Origin: a virus
Lineage: Duplodnaviria; Caudoviricetes
DNA length: 39,548 nt
Virus record (IMG/VR): IMGVR_UViG_3300025288_000045
Location: 1 to 39,548 of that record
Direction: 5' to 3' (one strand)
Part shown: positions 27,818 through 35,959 of the stretch, piece after piece
Position numbering within the stretch: the first letter of the stretch is position 1
Layout: every line of letters starts with the position of its first letter
Position numbers and translations under genes: made by a program
Notes under the pieces: model-generated
The model's database searches: none
Told to the model about the DNA's origin: nothing
Seen by the model: only the letters and a program-made list of their open reading frames with translations

Positions 27818-29485
27818 CTATGCTGTGAAATTGTCTATGTCAAATAGTGAATCGGAGTGAGAGGGTGTATCGTCAGTATAGACGAAGTCTCCCTTAAGCA
27901 CCATATATGCTATGTTTGCGAATACTATTGAGTGGAGCCAGTCGTCACATAAATCCTGGTCATGCCTATACAGTCTACGTCCGGACTGAGATTCCTCTTC
28001 GTACACGTTAAGGGCATCCTGCCAGAATGGGTTAGTTAGCTCCCATGCTGGGGTCTCAAACCTACCCTTACCGAGTTTCATCTTTAATATAACGGTATCT
28101 ATATTCATAGTTCTATCAGCTGCGTAAAATAGACCCTGTTTATCCCATCTTAGCTGAGTTTTAGAGGCTACATAGTTAACCATAGCTACTTTCTGATCCC
28201 CTAAGTGCTGCTTAAATAACTGACCCTGTAATACCCCCACCCCTCTGTCTGAGCCGATGAAGGAACACTCAAACTGATGATAAAGTTGTTCAGCACGCTT
28301 TACTTGTAATAGCACGTCAATCCCGTCTAATTTCTGGCTATACAATAGATAACACTTACCGTTATAGTCATAACCTAAAATTGAGATTATAGTATAAGAC
28401 TTAGTACTACCTGACACAGACCAATCTACCCCTAATACAGTACACACTATATTTCTAGAGTCTCTAGGAAATCCAGTATCCCAAGCCGTCTTAGAGGTAT
28501 TACAGCAATCCATACACTCCTTAATAGAGAGAATGCGGCCTCCTTCTCCACTAGGAAGTCCAAAGACTTCATTGGCTACTTTCTGCATCGAGTAACCTTT
28601 GGACCCGTTAAGGCCAAAAATCTTACCTCTCATCTCTTCCCATTTTCCAGGCTTTTCAACTGTACCTGTCCTTGTACGTACTGGGAATATAAGTTGAGGG
28701 AGATGCATCCCTATATAGTTTTTAACCTCAGGTCTGGCAGCCGCCCACCTACCGGTAGACATATTTAATACCTTGCCGCAGTACACACAGCCGGGGCCTA
28801 AAGGATTCTCTGATATTTTTAAGCACGTCTCAAAGTCGATAGGAATTGTATATTTACCACAGTGCTCACATTTGCAAACCCATTCACATTGAGAAGATTT
28901 TTTATATTCAACCTCTAGCGTATTATTGAGTGTCTTACTGGTTCCGGCTAGTCTCTTAAATCCAAATTCAGAAGCTGATAATGTTTCATATAGAACTGGT
29001 AGGGCGTCTTGGGAAATGTCCTGTATCTCGTCCAAAAGGAGCTGATCACAGGAAGCGCCACGCACACGTCCACTATCTGCTTCTGTCTCGGCGTAGCTGA
29101 GATAAATGCGGGATCCATTATTTAGTGACTTCTCAAACACGTTCTTTTTTGAGGACGTATCCATGAAATGTTTTTTTAGAACAGGGCTGGCTAAAAATGG
29201 ATCTAGGTATGCCGAAGAAAATCTACTAGTCTGACCACTCAATGGAGATATAAACATAGTGGTAAAGAATGGTCTAATCACAGACTGAGCGATGATTGTT
29301 GCACCTAGCCCCAGGGACTTCCCAATCTGTCTTGAAGCGCGTAAAACCAGCTGTGGTGGGGCTATATCGTAGATTAGCTCCATAGGGAGATAGTCTTTCA
29401 TATTAAGGGGTTTACCTCGTACCTGTAGTAGGGCGCGGGCTATCTCGGAGGGTTTTAATTTTATAAGGCTAGACAGATTACTCAT
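27818..29485 (-). CDS. terL: Terminase large subunit (GpA-like)
   Basis: Walker A SRQIGKS, Walker B LLLDEIQD, coupling motif GTS, CEHC/CVYC zinc ribbon, nuclease GVDW and C-terminal DDWLHS. Confidence 0.92.
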   Translation of the reverse strand: MSNLSSLIKLKPSEIARALLQVRGKPLNMKDYLPMELIYDIAPPQLVLRASRQIGKSLGLGATIIAQSVIRPFFTTMFISPLSGQTSRFSSAYLDPFLASPVLKKHFMDTSSKKNVFEKSLNNGSRIYLSYAETEADSGRVRGASCDQLLLDEIQDISQDALPVLYETLSASEFGFKRLAGTSKTLNNTLEVEYKKSSQCEWVCKCEHCGKYTIPIDFETCLKISENPLGPGCVYCGKVLNMSTGRWAAARPEVKNYIGMHLPQLIFPVRTRTGTVEKPGKWEEMRGKIFGLNGSKGYSMQKVANEVFGLPSGEGGRILSIKECMDCCNTSKTAWDTGFPRDSRNIVCTVLGVDWSVSGSTKSYTIISILGYDYNGKCYLLYSQKLDGIDVLLQVKRAEQLYHQFECSFIGSDRGVGVLQGQLFKQHLGDQKVAMVNYVASKTQLRWDKQGLFYAADRTMNIDTVILKMKLGKGRFETPAWELTNPFWQDALNVYEEESQSGRRLYRHDQDLCDDWLHSIVFANIAYMVLKGDFVYTDDTPSHSDSLFDIDNFTA

Positions 29486-29556
29486 GGTTGTAATTTATTG
29501 GGCAAAAAGTGGTTATATCTTTCTCAACCTCACACTTAGTACAAACCTTACTCACG

Positions 29557-29691
29557 TCACAACCCCGCTTCATCCAACGCTCTAACCACGGCTCTTCTTA
29601 TGAACTCAGCGAATGGTACGCCGGTCCTCTCCTTGGCTATGCGCAGCCTCTCAATCAACTCAAGGCTAAAAAACATGCTAACCCTCTTCAT
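29557..29691 (-). CDS. Ribbon-helix-helix DNA-binding protein (start moved to ATG 29691)
   Basis: MKRVSMFFS...LIERL...RTGVPFAEFIRRAV; GGAG RBS at 29700-29703. Confidence 0.8.
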   Translation of the reverse strand: MKRVSMFFSLELIERLRIAKERTGVPFAEFIRRAVVRALDEAGL

Positions 29692-29756
29692 CTTTAATAC
29701 TCCATAATATATGTATACACCTATATTAACATAACTTTCAATATTCTCCAACTACT

Positions 29757-29765
29757 TGGTATAAC
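29757..29765 (+). promoter_or_regulatory. Extended -10 promoter candidate for the Ubl operon
   Basis: TGGTATAAC; the same TGGTATAA motif recurs at 32041 before the JAB gene. Confidence 0.5.
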
Positions 29766-29857
29766 AGTATTGAGCGGGAAAAGCATAGTTATTAGCCGGC
29801 TAGTAGCATTTCCCTTTAGCTCATACTTTTTAAATCGTTAACGAAGAAGGAACCAAA

Positions 29858-30073
29858 ATGGCAGAGATCGTCCAAACAAACATCGTAATTACCGCAACTG
29901 ACACTGAGTACCAGGTACCTGGTTCATTGAGTGTCTCCCAAGTTGTGGCTGCATATTCCAGCCAAATCCCCGGTCTGTCTGGCTATCAGGCTTCGGATGA
30001 GATCGTGACACGTGAAGGCATTGGCCAAGTTCGCGTTATCACCTTCCGTCCCAAAACTGGTACTAAGGGTTAA
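29858..30073 (+). CDS. Prokaryotic ubiquitin-like protein (Prok_Ub / PRTRC protein C-like)
   Basis: 71 aa, beta-grasp-like pattern, C-terminus F-x-P-K-T-G-T-K-G; AAGGA RBS; first gene of an E2/JAB/E1 cluster. Confidence 0.85.
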   Translation: MAEIVQTNIVITATDTEYQVPGSLSVSQVVAAYSSQIPGLSGYQASDEIVTREGIGQVRVITFRPKTGTKG

Positions 30074-30100
30074 TCTTTAACCCTGGTGGAGAAACGGGTT

Positions 30101-30126
30101 CGGGTCCAGCTGGACCCGTTTTTTTT
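30101..30126 (+). terminator. Intrinsic terminator after the Ubl gene
   Basis: Palindrome CGGGTCCAGCTGGACCCG followed by T8. Confidence 0.8.
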
Positions 30127-30146
30127 AGTAAGAGGAGGTTTATATT

Positions 30147-30977
30147 ATGGCAGAAGTAAAGGTTTTTCTAAAAAACAGTATACCGTCACTATCTAGGTTA
30201 ATAGTAAATTACCGTAAAGAAAGGATTAATAAGCTCCTGGAGTTCACTACGGCTAAAAGTAAAGAATATGGTATTATTCCAAAATCATCCACTGTGGTGG
30301 CAGATTTAAGGGTTACCTCTTCTACCTCCAGGAAGTTTTTTAAAAAAATTTATACCTCTTTATATAATCAGGTGGCTAAAAAAGTCCCCTATATGGATTT
30401 CATGGAGAAGGATGAAGTGGAGATGGTTAATAGTGGACTGAGTTTAACAGTACCATTAATAACTACCAGGATTCTTGTTAACATGGAGGGGCTGGTGGAC
30501 GTGGACGATGTAGGACTGAAGCCTAATCCTAATAGTAAGAGCCGCTTATATGTTAGTAACGATATTATATGTTCTCATCTGGAATCCTCAGGAGCAGATT
30601 TTGATTCAAAGACAATACGAAGATACTTGGCATATCTTAATTATAAGGCCGCTAGGAATGGGTGTCCTATTAAGCTTTTTTTAAAGGTTAGAGCTGAATC
30701 AATAGCGGGATTACCTAGAGAGGGTTCCCGACTTATGCCTGTACTATTTTTTATGAATATTAAAGTAGAATTAGGTAGTTGGTATGTAGGTGATATGGCA
30801 GACGGCGATATCCCAGTATCATATGGGTTTGGCTCTTTTGGTATTTCTCCAGATACCTATAGTAGGTATCCAGAGTGCTCCTCATTCAACTTATTTACAT
30901 TCTTGGATGATATATCCAAAGTTATTAGAACATTAAGTAGGAAAGGAAATTATAATGCAAGCGCCTATATTATCTAG
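30147..30977 (+). CDS. Hypothetical protein in the Ubl operon
   Basis: 276 aa with a strong GAGGAGG RBS; no motif recognised. Confidence 0.7.
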   Translation: MAEVKVFLKNSIPSLSRLIVNYRKERINKLLEFTTAKSKEYGIIPKSSTVVADLRVTSSTSRKFFKKIYTSLYNQVAKKVPYMDFMEKDEVEMVNSGLSLTVPLITTRILVNMEGLVDVDDVGLKPNPNSKSRLYVSNDIICSHLESSGADFDSKTIRRYLAYLNYKAARNGCPIKLFLKVRAESIAGLPREGSRLMPVLFFMNIKVELGSWYVGDMADGDIPVSYGFGSFGISPDTYSRYPECSSFNLFTFLDDISKVIRTLSRKGNYNASAYII

Positions 30978-31224
30978 TATAGCGTTAAGTTTAAATAGGG
31001 CTACCAGTATAACTGATGATGTAGTTGAAGCAATTAAAGAGTCATACCTGATAAAAGATATATCCACCAGAGAAGATGTAATTTCCTGTGTTAAAAACAT
31101 CACTACCATATTCGGGGTAGAGCACAACGGTGGCTTGCACTTGAGAAATGTAGTAAACAATGTTATTGGCTCAGTGAGGAAAGCTAAGCACTATTCTAAC
31201 CTAACATCAGGAGATTTCGTATGA
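30955..31224 (+). CDS. Hypothetical protein in the Ubl operon
   Basis: 89 aa with an AAGGA RBS; ATGA overlap with the E2 gene. Confidence 0.6.
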   Translation: MQAPILSSIALSLNRATSITDDVVEAIKESYLIKDISTREDVISCVKNITTIFGVEHNGGLHLRNVVNNVIGSVRKAKHYSNLTSGDFV

Positions 31225-32024
31225 GTGAAGGTATAGTTATTGAGGGGTCTCAGGATACCCCAGAAGTAGTAGAGGCCGCGCTTGTAGCTAGTAAGGCTCT
31301 ATCTGACTTAGAAGAAACACTGTTGACCCAGGTGAGGGTGAATGGGCAAGAAGTAACACTGATGGACGATGCAGTCATAATTAAAGGCGTGGGTGGTATT
31401 AATAAAACTATCTCATATGAGGACTTTATTAGTTCAGTCCTTAGGGCTACTAATACCCTTTCCGAAGAAACTAAGTTATCATTGTCTCTACCCGGTAGTG
31501 TATCCTACTTGGCAGTGGGGCCCACTGAGTTAGATATCTCTTGTTATTATAAAGAAGGGGTTAAACCCTTCCAATTCTCTGATGGGAGTAGAATGGAAAG
31601 GTATGACATAGTAGTTCCTAATATTATCGTCAGCCATAAACTTAGAAGAGAAAGAAGTGACTGGGTCCATAATGGAGCATTCTATACTGTAACAAATATG
31701 CCGGTTAATAAGCTACCACAGGACAGACTTATTACAACTATGGACCGTGATAGGGGTATTTTTCTAATGCCATTTACCAACGCATATGACTCTTGTAATA
31801 TGTGTTATGGAGGTAATAAGATGCCCGTTAGATTTATAGATAATAACCTGAGGGGCCTAGACTACTACTACAACTTCCTATGGGAATCTCCATTTAATAA
31901 TGACTTGGGTATTAGTAGCAAAGTAAACCGAAACATGTTCTCCAGCCCCGTACAATGGTACCATCATCTCAGGGATCTAGCTATAGATAATAAGCCATTC
32001 CCCTATGGGGACCTACGACGTTAA
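31221..32024 (+). CDS. Prokaryotic E2-like protein (Prok-E2 family D / PRTRC protein B-like)
   Basis: PFTNAYDSCNMCYG (candidate catalytic Cys) and FLWESPFNNDL motifs. Confidence 0.8.
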   Translation: MSEGIVIEGSQDTPEVVEAALVASKALSDLEETLLTQVRVNGQEVTLMDDAVIIKGVGGINKTISYEDFISSVLRATNTLSEETKLSLSLPGSVSYLAVGPTELDISCYYKEGVKPFQFSDGSRMERYDIVVPNIIVSHKLRRERSDWVHNGAFYTVTNMPVNKLPQDRLITTMDRDRGIFLMPFTNAYDSCNMCYGGNKMPVRFIDNNLRGLDYYYNFLWESPFNNDLGISSKVNRNMFSSPVQWYHHLRDLAIDNKPFPYGDLRR

Positions 32025-32040
32025 ATAACGGCGTAGATAA

Positions 32041-32049
32041 TGGTATAAG
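32041..32049 (+). promoter_or_regulatory. Extended -10 promoter candidate upstream of JAB
   Basis: TGGTATAAG in the intergenic gap before an AAGGAG RBS. Confidence 0.45.
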
Positions 32050-32095
32050 TAACTAGTAGTATGTAATAAACCATCTACTAAAGGAGATAAATTAA

Positions 32096-32563
32096 ATGCA
32101 AATATTGATGCCTAATATCAGTTGCATCTGCCACAGTTTACAGGAAGAGACTGATGCAGTTACACAAGGCTACAAAGAGATCTACACCATTGTAAAAGAC
32201 GAATACTTCAAGAAACATGTATTCCGTGGGGAGAACCGTTTCATTAGACTGAAGGTAGACTCTATTCCGGGATATGTTCGTCCTGCTTCTGAAATCATCC
32301 CGGCTGAAATGACTAGACAAGAGATTGCCTTTCTGCCAGCGGGAAAGATCTCCTATGATATCTGGGAGCAGATCATCGCCTTCTTTAAGAAGGTTATGGA
32401 AGTAAAGAAATCAGAAGTAGAGGCAATGATCCACGTCCTTTATAATGCTGAGCGAGGGTACCACATTGGTGTCCCCCCTCAGACAGTTTCCAAGGGAAGT
32501 GCTAGTTACGACTGGGAATACGTCCCGACGGGAACTAGTGTAATCGTGGATATTCACAGCCAT
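32096..32563 (+). CDS. JAB/MPN metallopeptidase (PRTRC protein A-like), exon 1
   Basis: Catalytic Glu in EVEAM, VPPQTVS, ends ...VDIHSH. Confidence 0.9.
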
Positions 32564-32746
32564 TAACTCCTAAGTATGGTGGCCTAATCAGGTAACTGAT
32601 TTGATAAAATCGGGTGAACTCAGACAACTGAGGTGTAGGATAACTCCTGCTAACGGGGAACGGAAATGCGAATTCCCAATCCCGTGCTAAGCTTGCGAAA
32701 AGACATTGAAGTAGCAAGAAAGTGTAACGACTAATCCTTGAGCAGT

Positions 32747-33619
32747 CTATGCAATAATAGGAACACGAGCGCCCGACTCCGAAGAACTTTCGGATGATGA
32801 TATAGTCTGATCTTGTGGTATTTCGTAGTATTTATCGTATTTACGTTTTAAGTAAAAAGTACAATCTTTATAGACAGTATCCATGAACAGTTGTACATCT
32901 TCCTTAGAGTTTATATCTAAGGAAAATATGGATTTCTTCTTACTTATGAGAAACTGTTTAGGCTTTAAGAAATCAGCCATGCCTAGTAAAAACTCCTTAG
33001 TTCCACAGATAGTTATAACTGGATTTACATAGGTTTTTACATATCCCCTCTTAGAGACATACCTAGTCTTTTTCCAGTACATACAGCCATCACCATCATG
33101 ATATCCTAATGTGAATGATGCGTGGAACTTACTAGGGATTAATGGATACAAATTAGGCATAGTAAGTGATTTGCGATAACCCAACCCATACTGTCGCAAA
33201 TCATCGCAAATTTGTTGATTACAAACGCGGAAGGACACCTGGTCCTTATTTTCAAAATAGTGTATAGCTAACTCAGACCCGAGTTCTCTCTTCAACGTAT
33301 CGAGGACTGTACGATCCTTGCTGAGTATGTTAATTGCCAGAGTATCTCTATGGCCACTATTAGTTTTACTCTCTACTATACATCCATCTGCTGCTATAAA
33401 GCCTAGAAAATATGCTTTAATGTGTGAGTCTATAGTCTGAAAGTAACTCATATTACCTTGGTGTGGTGTTAACTTCCCCGTTATCCCTCTGTGACGTTTA
33501 TATAGCTTAGGTATAGTAGTTCGATGTAACCCAAACATGGCTGCAATTTCAGTCCCTGTTTTTCCGTCATCGTACATTTTACATATTAGTTCTATATCGT
33601 CACTATCAACTGATTTCAT
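32747..33619 (-). CDS. LAGLIDADG homing endonuclease (two motifs, N-terminal HTH), antisense within the intron
   Basis: YFLGFIAADGCI and FTLGYHDGDGCM motifs, LKRK C-terminal motif, N-terminal TGTEIAAMFGLHRTTI HTH; AAGGA RBS. Confidence 0.92.
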   Translation of the reverse strand: MKSVDSDDIELICKMYDDGKTGTEIAAMFGLHRTTIPKLYKRHRGITGKLTPHQGNMSYFQTIDSHIKAYFLGFIAADGCIVESKTNSGHRDTLAINILSKDRTVLDTLKRELGSELAIHYFENKDQVSFRVCNQQICDDLRQYGLGYRKSLTMPNLYPLIPSKFHASFTLGYHDGDGCMYWKKTRYVSKRGYVKTYVNPVITICGTKEFLLGMADFLKPKQFLISKKKSIFSLDINSKEDVQLFMDTVYKDCTFYLKRKYDKYYEIPQDQTISSSESSSESGARVPIIA

Positions 33620-33643
33620 CTTAATCCTTTATTTATTGATAGT

Positions 33644-33672
33644 ATTTTAACGTAACATGCCATATACCGCAA
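33644..33672 (-). promoter_or_regulatory. Sigma70-type promoter candidate for the endonuclease
   Basis: TTGCGG-17 nt-TAAAAT on the minus strand. Confidence 0.6.
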
Positions 33673-33704
33673 GGGCTTAAATTAAAAAAAGCTATAACTT
33701 ATTG

Positions 33705-34538
33705 AATACAATGGGAAGTTTCTTTTCAGCGACGGATGATCGAGATGACCTTAATGCCATTGGTTTTTCAGGCGTTGTAGGAAAACTCAAAGATAAAGAA
33801 CCAGAAGTAAAAATCCGCTTTAACTACTACAAACAGAAGTATGAAGTAAAACTCCAGGATATCTTCCATACGCCAGAAGATCGTGTTGTGGATGTTCCTG
33901 AAGAGTGGTTAGCTAACGTTAATACTCCTAACTACTCAGTGGGACGCGGGGATTACCGGGGGTATCAGGGTGGCCATAAGTGGGATCATTTGAAACAGTA
34001 TCAATTCTCTAAGGCTAACCCGGATAACACAACTGCATCTGGTGAACGTGCTGGACCTAACGTACGGGGTCTACCTTATCACTCGGATCCAACTTCTCTA
34101 GGATCAATATTTGGAGACGACGAAGGGGGGCTCCCACCGGGTTTTCCCTCGGGGGCTCAGGGAAAACTCCCCCTGGGTCCCGCAGGTTCTCGAAACGTGA
34201 GCAGAGAGCTAATAGAAAAGCCCTGCGAGAAGCAGTTAAGGGATGAGAGTAGTGGTGAAGAGATAGATGAGAATGATCCTGTTGGAAACTACCTCAGTAC
34301 ATTAGAAGATGACCAATACGCGTTCTTGGCCATTCAATATGGTGGGGAGGTAGCCAATGCATTTTCATTGATCAGTGATTGTATGACTGCCCTATCCGGT
34401 AAAGATGAACTTATATCAGAAGTTATCTGCGATCTATTCCAGTTAATGGAAGATGAAAAACAGGTGGATATGGTTAGGGAACTGTACAATACACTCCCGT
34501 GGAAGTATCAATCACAAATAGCAGAAAACGGTATGTGA
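33705..34538 (+). CDS. JAB/MPN metallopeptidase, exon 2
   Basis: NTMGSFFSATDDRDD completes HxH-x7-S-x2-D; spliced product 433 aa with a low-complexity linker and helical C-domain. Confidence 0.9.
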   Translation, partial: NTMGSFFSATDDRDDLNAIGFSGVVGKLKDKEPEVKIRFNYYKQKYEVKLQDIFHTPEDRVVDVPEEWLANVNTPNYSVGRGDYRGYQGGHKWDHLKQYQFSKANPDNTTASGERAGPNVRGLPYHSDPTSLGSIFGDDEGGLPPGFPSGAQGKLPLGPAGSRNVSRELIEKPCEKQLRDESSGEEIDENDPVGNYLSTLEDDQYAFLAIQYGGEVANAFSLISDCMTALSGKDELISEVICDLFQLMEDEKQVDMVRELYNTLPWKYQSQIAENGM

Positions 34539-34588
34539 AGGTGGGGGTTAAACACCCCCTCCTATTACTAATTTAAAAGGAGAGGCAC

Positions 34589-35659
34589 TTGTTTAATTTT
34601 ATTCCATCAACCATTCCCCATAATATCATCGTTGTAGGATGTGGGGGGACCGGCTCCAGGTTAGTCCCCCTGTTGGCTCAGTTTATCCGATCTATCACCA
34701 AGGATTATTCACCACGAGGATGGTTAGGCACCCCCAATATTGTGTTATGTGATCCTGATACGATTGAGGAAAAAAACTTGGCACGTCAAAACTTCATCCA
34801 CCAGGATGTTGGTAAGAATAAGGCAGTAGTTCTGGCCGAACGATATAGCAAGGCTTATGGGGTGTCTATTATACCGATGACTTCTCGTATAGAAGGACAT
34901 ATGGATATCCAAACATTCTTTACTACCCAATTAGGTGTGAACCTGGAGAGTGAACCATGTATGATCATCATGTGTGTTGACTCCGTAGTAGCCAGGAGAA
35001 ATATTATCTCTAACGCTATGTCAATCGTAGACCTTAATGATAACTATAGTAATGCGAATGTGTTTATCATTGATTCTGGTAATGAGGATAATTTTGGCCA
35101 AGTAAACTTCTTCAATCCAGAGATAGGTTTGCATCCTGATAATTTCGAAGTGGGAGTAATTGAAAAATTACCCAAGATGATTACTCACGTGGAAAATATA
35201 CACAGTATACCTATGGATATTAAGCATTATCTAGAGTTGGCTGATAATCCGGGCCTAGGTAGTTGTGCTGATCTAGATCAAACTTTGGCCATCAACGCCC
35301 TAGTAGCAACAAATATTATTGCAGTAGTTCAGAATTATTATTACCGTAAACCTATGAACTTCAACAAAGTATTTGTGGATATGTTAGGAGGTTCTTCTAC
35401 CACCTTTAATACTATGTCTTACTTTCTATCCATAGCTGCTGAGAGTTACACTGCTATTAAGAGTCACCCTAACCTTAAAGAATTATCCTGCATGGATGTA
35501 CACCTTGGTAATAACAACGATGTCATATACAGAATGGTTAAAGGTATTATTCATAAAGAGGAGACTGCTCGTATTAAGGAGGAAGAGGCTGCGAAAAGGG
35601 CTATGATAATGGCTGCGGTAAGGGCTAAGCTAAGGCTAGGGGTAATACCCACCAGGTAG
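34589..35659 (+). CDS. ThiF/E1-like ubiquitin-activating enzyme (PRTRC ThiF-like)
   Basis: VVGCGGTGS, DPDTIEEKNLARQNF, CVDS, IDSGN, and SCAD (candidate catalytic Cys). Probably extended to 35908 originally. Confidence 0.93.
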   Translation: MFNFIPSTIPHNIIVVGCGGTGSRLVPLLAQFIRSITKDYSPRGWLGTPNIVLCDPDTIEEKNLARQNFIHQDVGKNKAVVLAERYSKAYGVSIIPMTSRIEGHMDIQTFFTTQLGVNLESEPCMIIMCVDSVVARRNIISNAMSIVDLNDNYSNANVFIIDSGNEDNFGQVNFFNPEIGLHPDNFEVGVIEKLPKMITHVENIHSIPMDIKHYLELADNPGLGSCADLDQTLAINALVATNIIAVVQNYYYRKPMNFNKVFVDMLGGSSTTFNTMSYFLSIAAESYTAIKSHPNLKELSCMDVHLGNNNDVIYRMVKGIIHKEETARIKEEEAAKRAMIMAAVRAKLRLGVIPTR

Positions 35660-35911
35660 ATAATGAACTCAAGGGAGAGGATAATGAAGCCGGGGGAATT
35701 GTAGAAGACCAAGTAGTAGAGGTTAAAAGTAAATCTAGGAAATCTAGTATGGAGGATATTCAGGTCTCCAATTCACCCCCCCCCACAGACTATTATTACA
35801 ACTGCTGAGGTAACTCTGGGTGATATTGTGATACCGAGCGGAAGGTTGCATGGTAACAACTCGGTGGCTGTCAATACTGGCCTATCACCTGAGGATTATC
35901 CCTTCTAGCAT

Positions 35912-35944
35912 AAAAAAGAGCCCATATTTCTAGGGCTCTTTTTT
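35912..35944. terminator. Bidirectional intrinsic terminator between convergent units
   Basis: AAAAAAGAGCCC-9 nt-GGGCTCTTTTTT. Confidence 0.88.
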
Positions 35945-35959
35945 AGATTAATTAAAGAA

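Larger units (their letters stand above)
32564..33704 (+). mobile_element. Group I self-splicing intron (1141 nt)
   Basis: 5' exon ends in U and intron ends in G. P1 GCCAU/GUGGC with U.G wobble; P10 GUAU/AUAC; P3 32610-16/32770-76; P7 GACUA 32729-33/UAGUC 32803-07; P9 32812-21/33664-73. Removal restores HSH|NTMGSFFSATDD. Confidence 0.95.

Noticed and set aside
212-29697. Numerous plus-strand ORFs opposite structural genes (e.g. 212..496, 9092..9550, 19548..20009, 29509..29697)
   Set aside because: Antisense shadows of well-supported minus-strand genes, with no recognisable motifs.
32747-33619. Intein interpretation of the LAGLIDADG ORF
   Set aside because: It is on the opposite strand, lacks intein splicing residues, and is enclosed by a clear group I RNA structure.
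32096-34538. JAB as a pseudogene or two separate genes (156 aa and TTG-started 278 aa)
   Set aside because: The TAA is the first intron triplet and the G of TTG is the terminal intron G; splicing restores one frame.
34539-34563. Hairpin GGGGGT-taaac-ACCCCC between JAB and E1 as a terminator
   Set aside because: No U-tract follows; more likely a stability or processing hairpin, so it was not called.
34589-35659. Thiamine/molybdopterin biosynthesis auxiliary metabolic gene
   Set aside because: No ThiG/MoaE-type partners, and the context with E2 and JAB points to conjugation.
9785-35908. TAG stop-codon reassignment (in-frame TAG at 9785-9787; only TAG stops in the E1 frame after 35656)
   Set aside because: Long genes are intact in code 11 and TAG ends genes such as terminase. 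Both cases are better explained by a micro-inversion and by compensating indels.
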